Shown here: positions 12,301-24,579 of the stretch, one piece after another
Layout of the letters: the number at the start of each line of letters is the position of its first letter
Numbering within the stretch: position 1 is the first letter of the stretch
Source of the DNA: the human T2T-CHM13v2.0 reference genome, Homo sapiens
NCBI RefSeq assembly: GCF_009914755.1
Contig: NC_060943.1
Length of the DNA stretch: 64,000 bases
Direction: 5' to 3' (one strand)
Notes under the pieces: model-generated
Told to the model about the DNA's origin: nothing
Databases searched by the model: none
Seen by the model: only the letters and a program-made list of their open reading frames with translations
Translations under genes and position numbers: made by a program

Positions 12301-15060
12301 CAGAAGAATTCTCAGTAACTTCCTTGTGTTGTGTGTATTCAACTCACAGAGTTGAACGATCCTTTACACAGAGCAGACTTGAAACACTCTTTTTGTGGAA
12401 TTGGCAAGTGGAGATTTCAGCCGCTTTGAAGTCAATGGTAGTATAGGAAATATCTTCCTATAGAAACTAGACAGAATGATTCTCAGAAACTCCTTTGTGA
12501 TGTGTGCGTTCAACTCACAGAGTTTAACCTTTCTTTTCATAGAGCAGTTAGGAAACACTCTGTTTGTAAAGTCTGCAAGTGGATATTCAGACCTCTTTGA
12601 GGCCATCGTTGGAAACGGGATTTCTTCATATTCTGCTAGAGAGAAGAATTCTCAGTAACTTCCTTGTGTTGTGTGTATTCAACTCACAGAGTTCAACGAT
12701 GCTTTACACAGAGTAGACTTGAAACACACTTTTTGTTGAATTTGCAAGTGGAGATTTCAGCCGCTTTGAGGTCAATGGTAGAATAGGAAATATCTTCCTA
12801 TAGAAACTAGACAGAATGATTCTCAAAAACTCCTTTGTGATGTGTGCGCTCAACTCACAGAGTTTAACCTTTCTTTTCATAGAGCAGTTAGGAAACACTC
12901 TGTTTGTAAAGTCTGCAAGTGGATATTCAGACCTCTTTGAGGCCTTCGTTGGAAACGGGATTTCTTCATATTCTGCTAGACAGAAGAATTCTCAGTAACT
13001 TCCTTGTGTTGTGTGTATTCAACTCACAGAGTTGAACGGTCCTTTACACAGAGCAGACTTGAACCACTCTTCTTGTGGAATTTGCAAGTGGAGATTTCAG
13101 CCGCTTTGAGGTCAATGGTAGAATAGGAAATATCTTCCTATGGAAACTAGACAGAATGATTCTCAAAAACTCCTTTGTGATGTGTGCGTTCAACTCACAG
13201 AGTTCAACCTTTCTTTTCATAGAGCAGTTAGGAAACACTCTGTTTGTAAAGTCTGCAAGTGGATATTCAGACCACTTTGAGGCCTTCGTTGGAAACGGGT
13301 TTTCTTCATATTCTGCAAGACAGAAGAATTCTCAGTAACTTCCTTGTGTTGTGTGTATTCAACTCACAGAGTTGAACGATCCTTTACACAGAGCAGACTT
13401 GAAACACTCTTTTTGTGGAATTTGCAAGTGGAGATTTCAGCCGCTTTGAAGTCAATGGTAGAATAGGAAATATCTTCGTATAAAAACTAGACAGAATGAT
13501 TCTAAGAAACTCCTTTGTGATGTGTGCGTTCAACTCACAGAGTTTAACCTTTCTTTTCATAGAGCAGTTAGGAAACACTCTGTTTGTAAAGTCTGCAAGT
13601 GGATATTCAGACCTCTTTGAGGCCTTCGTTGGAAACGGGATTTCTTCATATTCTGCTAGACAGAAGAATTCTCAGTAACTTCCTTGTGTTGTGTGTATTC
13701 AACTCACAGAGTTCAACGATCCTTTACACAGAGCAGACTTGAAACACTCTTTTTGTGGAATTTGCAAGTGGAGATTTCAGCCGCTTTGAGGTCAATGGTA
13801 GAATAGGAAATATCTTCCTATAGAAACTAGACAGAATGATTCTCAGAAACTCCTTTGTGATGTGTGCGTCCAACTCACAGAGTTTAACCTTTCTTTTCAT
13901 AGAGCAGTTAGGAAACACTCTGTTTGTAAAGTCTGCAAGTGGATATTCAGACCTCTTTGAGGCCTTCATTGGAAACGGGATTTCTTCATATTATGCTAGA
14001 CAGAAGAATTCTCAGTAACTTCCTTGTGTTGTGTGTATTCAACTCACAGAGTTGAACGATCCTTTACACAGAGCAGACTTGAAACACTCTTTTTCTGGAA
14101 TTTGCAAGTGGAGGTTTCAGCCGCTTTGAGGTCAATGGTAGAATAGGAAATATCTTCCTATAGAAACTAGACAGAATGATTCTCAGAAACTCCTTTGTGA
14201 TGTGTGCGTTCAACTGACAGAGTTTAACCTTTCTTTTCATAGAGCATTTAGGAAACACTCTGTTTGTAAAGTCTGCAAGTGGATATTCAGACCTCTTTGA
14301 GGCCTTCGTTGGAAACGGGTTTTCTTCATATTCTGCTAGACAGAAGAATTCTCAGTAACTTCCTTGTGTTGTGTGTATTCAACTCACAGAGTTGAACGAT
14401 CCTTTACACAGAGCAGACTTGAAACACTCTTTTTGTGGAATTTGCAAGTGGAGATTTCAGCCGCTTTGAGGTCAATGTTAGAATAGGAAATATCTTCCTA
14501 TAGAAACTAGACAGAATAATTCTCAGAAACTCCTTTCTGATGTGCCCGTTCAACTCACAGAGTTTAACCTTTCTTTTCATAGAGCAGTTAGGAAACACTC
14601 TGTTTGTAAAGTCTGCAAGTGGATATTCAGACATCTTTGAGGCTTTCGTTGGAAACGGGATTTCTTCATATTCTGCTAGACAGAAGAATTCTCAGAAACT
14701 TCCTTGTGTTGTGTGTTTTCAACTCACAGAGTTGAACGATGCTTTAAACAGAGTAGACTTGAAACACTCTTTTTGTGGAATTTGCAAGAGGAGATTTCAG
14801 CCGCTTTGAGGTCAATGGTAGAAAAGGAAATATCTTCGTATAAAAACTAGACAGAATGATTCTCAGAAACTCCCTTGTGATGTGTGCGTTCAACTCACAG
14901 AGTTTAAGCTTTCTTTTCATAGAGCAGTTAGGAAACACTCTGTTTGTAAAGTCTGCAAGTGGATATTCAGACCTCCTTGAGGCCTTCGTTGGAAACGGGA
15001 TTTCTTCATATGATGCTAGACAGAAGAATTCTCAGTAACTTCCTTGTGTTGTGTGTATTC
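3330..15060 (+). repeat. Tandem duplication of a 17-18-dimer (5.8-6.1 kb) block
   Basis: Rare variants recur at offset 5780: TGAGCAGTTA 3701/9481, TCTTGAGGAA 3891/9671, GGATAATCAGTCC 4421/10201. They then recur at offset 6120: GAGATTTCCG 5271/11391, TGTTTGCGTT 6041/12161, TGTGCCCGTT 8421/14541, TGATGCTAGA 8891/15011. Boundaries are approximate. Confidence 0.88.
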
Positions 15061-17119
15061 AACTCACAGAGTTGAACGATCGTTTACACAGAGCAGACTT
15101 GAAACACTCTTTTTGTTGAATTTGCAAGTGGAGATTTCAGCCGCTTTGAGGTCAATGGTAGAATAGGAAATATCTTCCTATAGAAACAAGACAGAATGAT
15201 TCTGAGAAACTCCTTTGTGATGTGTGCGTTCAACTCACAGAGTTTAACCTTTCTTTTCATAGAGCAGTTAGGAGACACTCTGTTTGTAAAGTCTGCAAGT
15301 GGATATTCAGACCTCTTTGAGGCCTTCGTTGGAAACGGGATTTCTTCATATTATGCTAGACAGAAGAATTCTCAGTAACTTCTTTGTGTTGTGTGTATTC
15401 AACTCACAGAGTTGAACGATCCTTTACACAGAGCAGACTTGAAACACTCTTTTTGTGGAATTTGCAAGTGGAGATTTCAGCCGCTTTGAGGTCAATGGTA
15501 GAATAGGAAATATCTTCCTATAGAAACTAGACAGAATGATTCTCAGAAACTCCTTTGTGATGTGTGTGTTCAACTCACAGAGTGTAACCTTTCTTTTCAT
15601 AGAGCAGTTAGGAAACACTCTGTTTGTAAAGTCTGCAAGTGGATATTCAGACCTCTTTGAGGCCATCGTTGGAAACGGGATTTCTTCATATTCTGCTAGA
15701 GAGAAGAATTCTCAGTAAATTCCTTGTTTTGTGTGTATTCAACTCACAGAGTTGGACGATCCTTTACACAGAGCAAACTTGAAACACTCTTTTTGTGGAA
15801 TTTGCAATTGGAGATTTCAGCCGCTTTGAGGTCAATTGTAGAAAAGGAAATATCTTCGTATAAAAACTAGACAGAATGATTCTCAGAAACTCCCTTGTGA
15901 TGTGCGCGTTCAACTCACAGAGTTTAACCTTTCTTTTCATAGAGCAGTTAGGAAACACTCAGTTTGTAAAGTCTGCAAGTGGATATTCAGACCTCCTTGA
16001 GGCCTTCGTTGGAAACGGGATTTCTTCATATTATGCTAGACAGAAGAATTCTCAGTAACTTCCTTGTGTTGTGTGTATTCAACCCACAGAGTTGAACGAT
16101 CCTTTACACAGAGCAGACTTGAAACACTCTTTTTGTGGAATTTGCAAGTGGAGATTTCAGCTGCTTTGAGGTCAATGGTAGAATAGGAAATATCTTCCTA
16201 TAGAAACTAGACAGAATGATTCTCAGAAACTCCTTTGTGATGTGTGCGTTCAACTCACAGAGTTTAACCTTTCTTTTCATAGAGCAGTTAGGAAACACTC
16301 TGTTTGTAAAGTCTGCAAGTGGATATTCAGGCCTCTTTGAGGCCTTCGTTGGAAACGGGATTTCTTCATATTCTGCTAGACAGAAGAATTCTCAGTAACT
16401 TCCTTGTGTTGTGTGTATTCAACCCACAGAGTTGAACGATCCTTTACACAGAGCAGACTTGAAACACTCTTTTTGTGGAATTTGCAAGTGGAGATTTCAG
16501 CTGCTTTGAGGTCAATGTTAGAATAGGAAATATCTTCCTATAGAAACTAGACAGAATGATTCTCAGAAACTCCTTTGTGATGTGTGCGTTCAACTCACAG
16601 AGTTTAACCTTTCTTTTCATAGAGCAGTTAGGAAACACTCTGTTTGTAAAGTCTGCAAGTGGATATTCAGACCTCTTTGAGGCCATCGTTGGAAAAGGGA
16701 TTTCTTCATATTCTGCTAGAGAGAAGAATTCTCAGTAACTTCCTTGTGTTGTGTGTATTCAACTCACAGAGTTCAACGATGCTTTACACAGAGTAGACTT
16801 GAAACACACTTTTTGTTGAATTTGCAAGTGGAGATTTCAGCCGCTTTGAGGTCAATGGTAGAATAGGTAATATCTTCCTATAGAAACTAGACAGAATGAT
16901 TCTCAGAAACTCCTTTGTGATGTGTGCACTCAACTCACAGAGTTTAGCCTTTCTTTTCATAGAGCAGTTAGGAAACACTCTGTTTGTAAAGTCTGCAAGT
17001 GGATATTCAGACCTCTTTGAGGCCTTCGTAGGAAATGGGATTTCTTCATATTATGCTAGACAGAAGAATTCTCAGTAACTTCCTTGTGTTGTGTGTATTC
17101 AACTCACAGAGTTGAACGA

Positions 17120-19150
17120 TCCTTTACACAGAGCAGACTTGAAACACTCTTTTTCTGGAATTGGCAAGTGGAGATTTCAGCCGCTTTGAGGTCAATGGTA
17201 GAATAGGAAATATCTTCCTATAGATACTAGACAGAATGATTCTCAGAAACTCCTTTGTGATGTGTGCGTTCAACTCACAGAGTTTAACCTTTCTTTTCAT
17301 AGAGCAGTTAGGAAACACTCTGTTTGTAAAGTCTGCAAGTGGATATTCAGACCTCTTTGAGGCCTTCGTTGGAAACGGGATTTCTTCATATTATGCTAGA
17401 CAGAAGAATTCTCAGTAACTTCCTTGTGTTGTGTGTATTCAACTCACAGAGTTGAACGATCCTTTACACAGAGCATACTTGAAACACTCTTCTTGTGGAA
17501 TTTGCAAGTGGAGATTTCAGCCGATTTGAGGTCAATGGTAGAATAGGAAATATCTTCGTATAAAAACTAGACAGAATGATTCTCAGAAACTCCTTTGTGA
17601 TGTGTGCGTTCAACTCACAGAGTTTAACCTTTCTTTTCATAGAGCAGTTAGGAAACACTCTGTTTGTAAAGTCTGGAAGTGGATATTCAGACCTCCCTGA
17701 GGCCTTCTTTGGAAACGGGATTTCTTCATATTATGCTAGACAGAAGAATTCTCAGTAACTTCCTTGTGTTGTGTGTATTCAACTCACAGAGTTGAACGAT
17801 CCTTTACACAGAGCAGACTTGAAACACTCTTCTTGTGGAATTTGCAAGTGGAGATTTCAGCCGCTTTGAGGTCAATGGTAGAAAAGGAAATATCTTCGTA
17901 TAAAAACTAGACAGAATCATTCTCAGAAACTCCTTTGTGATGTGTGCGTTCAACTCACAGAGTTTAACCTTTCTTTTCATAGAGCAGTTAGGAAACACTC
18001 TGTTTGTAAAGTCTGCAAGTGGATATTCAGACCTCCTTGAGGCCTTCGTTGGAAACGGGATTTCTTCATATTATGCTAGACAGAAGAATTCTCAGTAACT
18101 TCCTTGTGTTGCGTGTATTCAACTCACAGAGTTGAACGATCCTTTACACAGAACAGACTTGAAACACTCTTTTTCTGGAATTTGCAAGTGGAGATTTCAG
18201 CCGCTTTGAGGTCAATGGTAGAATAGGAAATATCTTCCTATAGATACTAGACAGAATGATTCTCAGAAACTCCTTTGTGATGTGTGCGTTCAACTCACAG
18301 AGTTTAACCTTTCTTTTCATAGAGCAGTTAGGAAACACTCTGTTTGTAAAGTCTGCAAGTGGATATTCAGACCTCTTTGAGGCCTTCGTTGGAAACGGGA
18401 TTTCTTCATATTATGCTAGACAGAAGAATTCTCAGTAACTTCCTTGTGTTGTGTGTATTCAACTCACAGAGTTGAACGATCCTTTACACAGAGCATACTT
18501 GAAACACTCTTCTTGTGGAATTTGCAAGTGGAGATTTCAGCCGATTTGAGGTCCATGGTAGAATAGGAAATATCTTCGTATAAAAACTAGACAGAATGAT
18601 TCTCAGAAACTCCTTTGTGATGTGTGCGTTCAACTCACAGAGTTTAACCTTTCTTTTCATAGAGCAGTTAGGAAACACTCTGTTTGTAAAGTCTGGAAGT
18701 GGATATTCAGACCACCCTGAGGCCTTCTTTGGAAACGGCATTTTTTCATATTATGCTAGACAGAAGAATTCTCAGTAACTTCCTTGTGTTGTGTGTATTC
18801 AACTCACAGAGTTGAACGATCCTTTACACAGAGCAGACTTGAAACACTCTTCTTGTGGAATTTGCAAGTGGAGATTTCAGCCGCTTTGAGGTCAATGGTA
18901 GAAAAGGAAATATCTTCGTATAAAAACTAGACAGAATCATTCTCAGAAACTCCTTTGTGATGTGTGCGTTCAACTCACAGAGTTTAACCTTTCTTTTCAT
19001 AGAGCAGTTAGGAAACACTCTGTTTGTAAAGTCTGCAAGTGGATATTCAGACCTCCTTGAGGCCTTCGTTGGAAACGGGATTTCTTCATATTATGCTAGA
19101 CAGAAGAATTCTCAGTAACTTCCTTGTGTTGCGTGTATTCAACTCACAGA
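17120..19150 (+). repeat. Tandem duplication of 3 dimers (1020 bp)
   Basis: TAGATACTAG 17221/18241, GTCTGGAAGT 17671/18691, GCGTGTATTC 18111/19131. Confidence 0.85.
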
Positions 19151-22100
19151 GTTCAACGATCCTTTACACAGAGCAGACTTGAAACACTCTTGTTGTGGAA
19201 TTTGCAAGTGGAGATTTCAGCCGCTTTGAGGTCAATGGTAGAAAAGGAAATATCTTCGTATAAAAAGTAGACAGAATCATTCTCAGAAACTCCTTTGTGA
19301 TGTGTGCGTTCAACTCACAGAGTTTAACCTTTCTTTTCATAGAGCAGTTAGGAAACACTCTGTTTGTAAAGTCTGCAAGTGGATATTCAGACCTCCTTGA
19401 GGCCTTCGTTGGAAACGGGATTTCTTCATATTATGCTAGACAGAAGAATTCTCAGTAACTTCCTTGTGTTGTGTGTATTCAACTCACAGAGTTGAACGAT
19501 CCTTTACACAGAGCAGACTTGAAACACTCTTTTTGTGGAATTTGCAAGTGGAGATTTCAGCTGCTTTGAGGTCAATGGTAGAATAGGAAATATCTTCCTA
19601 TAGAAACTAGACAGAATGATTCTCAGAAACTCCTTTGTGATGTGTGCGTTCAACTCACAGAGTTCAACCTTTCTTTTCATATAGCAGTTAGGAAACACTC
19701 TGTTTGTAAAGTCTGCAAGTGGATATTCAGACCTCTTTGAGGCCTTCGTTGGAAACGGGTTTTCTTCATATTATGCTAGACAGAAGAATTCTCAGTAACT
19801 TCCTTGTGTTGTGTGTATTCAACTCACAGAGTTGAATGATCCTTTACACAGAGCAGACTTGAAACACTCTTTTTGTGGAATTTGCAAGTGGAGATTTCAG
19901 CCGCTTTGAGGTCAATGGTAGAATAGGAAATATCTTCGTATAAAAACTAGACAGAATGATTCTGAGAAACTCCTTTGTGATGTGTGCGTTCAACTCACAG
20001 AGTTTAACCTTTTTTTTCATAGAGCAGTTAGGAAACACTCTGTTTGTAAAGTCTGCAAGTGGATATTCAGACCTCTTTGAGGCCTTCGTTGGAAACGGGA
20101 TTTCTTCATATTCTGCTAGACAGAAGAATTCTCAGTAACTTCCTTGTGTTGTGTGTATTCAACTCACAGAGTTGAACTATCCTTTACACAGAGCAGACTT
20201 GAAACACTCTTTTTGTGGAATTTGCAAGTGGAGATTTCAGCCGCTTTGAGGTCAATGGTAGAATAGGAAATATCTTCCTATAGAAACTAGACAGAATGAT
20301 TCTCAGAAACTCCTTTGTGATGTGTGCGTTCAACTCACAGAGTTTAACATTTCTTTCCATAGAGCAGTTAGGAAACACTCTGTTTGTAAAGTCTGCAAGT
20401 GGATATTCAGACCTCTTTGAGGCCTTCGTTGGAAACGGGATTTCTTCATATTATGCTAGAAAGAAGAATTCTCAGTAACTTCCTTGTGTTGTGTGTATTC
20501 AACTCACAGAGTTGAACGATCCTTTACACAGAGCATACTTGAAACACTCTTCTTGTGGAATTTGCAAGTGGAGATTTCAGCCGATTTGAGGTCAATGGTA
20601 GAATAGGAAATATCTTCGTATAAAAACTAGACAGAATGATTCTCAGAAACTCCTTTGTGATGTGTGCGTTCAACTCACAGAGTTTAACCTTTCTTTTCAT
20701 AGAGCAGTTAGGAAACACTCTGTTTGTAAAGTCTGCAAGTGGATCTTCAGACCTCCCTGAGGCCTTCTTTGGAAACGGGATTTCTTCATATTATGGTAGA
20801 CAGAAGAATTCTCAGTAACTTCCTTGTGTTGTGTGTATTCAACTCACAGAGTTGAACGATCCTTTACACAGAGCAGACTTGAAACACTCTTCTTGTGGAA
20901 TTTGCAAGTGGAGATTTCAGCCGCTTTGAGGTCAATGGTAGAAAAGGAAATATCTTCGTATAAAAACTAGACAGAATAATTCTCAGAAACTCCTTTGTGA
21001 TGTGTGCGTTCAACTCACAGAGTTTAACCTTTCTTTTCATAGAGCAGTTAGGAAACACTCTGTTTGTAAAGTCTGCAAGTGGATATTCAGACCTCATTGA
21101 GGCCTTCGTTGGAAACGGGATTTCTTCATATTATGCTAGACAGAAGAATTCTCAGTAACTTCCTTGTGTTGTGTGTATTCAACTCACAGAGTTGAACGAT
21201 CCTTTACAAAGAGCAGACTTGAAACACTCTTTTTGTGGAATTTCCACTTGGAGATTTCAGCTGCTTTCAGGTCAATGGTAGAATAGGAAATATCTTCCTA
21301 TAGAAACTAGACAGAATGATTCTCAGAAACTCCTTTGTGATGTGTGCGTTCAACTCACAGAGTTCAACCTTTCTTTTCATATAGCAGTTAGGAAACACTC
21401 TGTTTGCAAAGTCTGCAAGTGGATATTCAGACCTCTTTGAGGCCTTCGTTGGAAACGGGTTTTCTTCATATTATGCTAGACAGAAGAATTCGCAGTAACT
21501 TCCTTGTGTTGTGTGTATTCAACTCACAGAGTTGAATGATCCTTTACACAGAGCAGACTTGAAACACTCTTTTTGTGGAATTTGCAAGTGGAGATTTCAG
21601 CCGCTTTGAGGTCAATGGTAGAATAGGAAATATCTTCGTGTAAAAACTAGACAGAATGATTCTGAGAAACTCCTTTGTGATGTGTGCGTTCAACTCACAG
21701 AGTTTAACCTTTTTTTTCATAGAGCAGTTAGGAAACACTCTGTTTGTAAAGTCTGCAAGTGGTTATTCAGACCTCTTTGACGCCTTCGTTGGAAACGGGA
21801 TTTCTTCATATTATGGTAGACAGAAGAATTCTCAGTAACTTCCTTGTGTTTTGTGTATTCAACTCACAGAGTTCAACGATCCTTTACACAGAGCAGACTT
21901 GAAACACTCTTTTTGTGGAATTTGCAAGTGGAGATTTCAGCCGCTTTGAGGTCAATGTTAGAATAGGAAATATCTTCCTATATAAACTAGACAGAATGAT
22001 TCTCAGAAACTCCTTTGTGATGTGTGCGTTCAAGTCACAGAGTTTAACCTTTCTTTTCATAGAGCAGTTAGGAAACACTCTGTTTGTAAAGTCTGCAAGT

Positions 22101-24579
22101 GGATATTCAGACCTCTTTGAGGCCTTCGTTGGAAACGGGATTTCTTCATATTCTGCTAGACAGAAGAATTCTCAGTAACTTCCTTGTGTTGTGTGTATTC
22201 AACTCACAGAGTTGAACGGTCCTTTACACAGAGCAGACTTGAACCACTCTTTTTGTGGGATTTGCAAGTGGAGATTTCAGCCGCTTTGAGGTCAATGGTA
22301 GAATAGGAAATATCTTCCTATAGAAACTAGACAGAATGATTCTCAGAAACTCCTTTGTGATGTGTGCGTTCAACTCACAGAGTTTAACCTTTCTTTTCAT
22401 AGAGCAGTTAGGAAACACTCTGTTTGTAAAGTCTGCAAGTGGATATTCAGACCTCTTTGAGGCCATCGTTGGAAACGGGATTTCTTCATATTCTGCTAGA
22501 GAGAAGAATTCTCAGTAACTTCCTTGTGTTGTGTGTATTCAACTCAGAGAGTTCAACGATGCTTTACACAGAGTAGACTTGAAACACACTTTTTGTTGAA
22601 TTTGCAAGTGGAGATTTCAGCCGCTTTGAGGTCAATGGTAGAATAGGAAATATCTTCCTATAGAAACTAGACAGAATGATTCTCAGAAACTCCTTTGTGA
22701 TGTGTGCGCTCAACTCAGAGAGTTTAACCTTTCTTTTCATAGAGCAGTTAGGAAACACTCTGTTTGTAAAGTCTGCAAGTGGATATTCAGACCTCTTTGA
22801 GGCCTTCGTAGGAAACGGGATTTCTTCATATTATGCTAGACAGAAGAATTCTCAGTAACTTCCTTGTGTTGTGTGTATTCAACTCACAGAGTTGAACGAT
22901 CCTTTACACAGAGCAGACTTGAAACACTCTTTTTCTGGAATTTGCAAGTAGAGATTTCAGCCGCTTTGAGGTCAATGGTAGAATAGGAAATATCTTCCTA
23001 TAGAAACTAGACAGAATGATTCTCAGAAACTACTTTGTGATGTGTGCGTTCAACTCACAGAGTTTAACCTTTCTTTCCATAGAGCAGTTAGGAAACACTC
23101 TGTTTGTAAAGTCTGCAAGTGGATATTCAGACCTCTTTGAGGCCTTCGTTGGAAACGGGATTTCTTCATATTATGCTAGACAGAAGAATTCTCAGTAACT
23201 TCCTTGTGTTGTGTGTATTCAACCCACAGAGTTGAACGATCCTTTACACAGAGCAGACTTGAAACACTCTTTTTGTGGAATTTGCAAGTGGAGATTTCAG
23301 CCGCTTTGAGGTCAATGTTAGAATAGGAAATATCTTCCTATAGAAACTAGACAGAATGATTCTCAGAAACTCCTTTGTGATGTGTGCGTTCAACTCACAG
23401 AGTTTAACCTTTCTTTTCATAGAGCAGTTAGGAAACACTCTGTTTGTAAAGTCTGCAAGTGGATATTCAGACCTCTTTGAGGCCTTCGTTGGAAACGGGA
23501 TTTCTTCATATTCTGCTAGACAGAAGAATTCTCAGTAACTTCCTTGTGTTGTGTGTATTCAACTCACAGAGTTGAACGGTCCTTTACACAGAGCAGACTT
23601 GAACCACTCTTTCTGGGGGATTTGCAAGTGGAGATTTCAGCCGCTTTGAGGTCAATGGTAGAATAGGAAATATCTTCCTATAGAAACTAGACAGAATGAT
23701 TCTCAGAAACTCCTTTGTGATGTGTGCGTTGAACTCACAGAGTTTAACCTTTCTTTTCATAGAGCAGTTAGGACACACTCTGTTTGTAAAGTCTGCAAGT
23801 GGATATTCAGACCTCTTTGAGGCCTTCGTTGGAAACGGGATTTCTTCATATTATGCTAGACAGAAGAATTCTCAGTAACTTCCTTGTGTTGTGTGTATTC
23901 AACTCACAGAGTTGAACGATCTCTTACACAGAGCAGAGTTGAAACACTCTTTTTCTGGAATTTGCAAGTGGAGATTTCAGCCGCTTTGAGGTCAATGGTA
24001 GAATAGGAAATATCTTCCTATAGAAACTGGACAGAATGATTCTCAGAAACTCCTTTCTGATGTGTGCGTTCAACTCACAGAGTTTAACCTTTCTTTTCAT
24101 AGAGCAGTTAGGAAACACTCTGTTTGTAAAGACTGCAAGTGGATATTCAGACCTCTTTGAGGCCATCGTTGGAAACGGGATTTCTTCATATTCTGCTAGA
24201 GAGAAGAATTCTCAGTAAATTCCTTGTGTTGTGTGTATTCAACTCACAGAGTTCAACGATCCTTTACACAGAGCAGACTTGAAACACTCTTTTTGTGGAA
24301 TTTGCAAGTGGAGATTTCAGCCGCTTTGAGGTCAATTGTAGAAAAGGAAATATCTTCGTATAAAAACTAGACAGAATGATTCTCAGAAACTCCCTTGTGT
24401 TGTGTGCGTTCAACTCACGGAGTTTAACCTTTCTTTTCATAGAGCAGTTAGGAAACACTCTGTTTATAAAGTCTGCAAGTGGATATTCAGACCTCCCTGA
24501 GGCCTTCTTTGGAAAAGGGATTCCTTCATATTATGCTAGACAGAAGAATTCTCAGTAACTTCCTTGTGTTGTGTGTATT

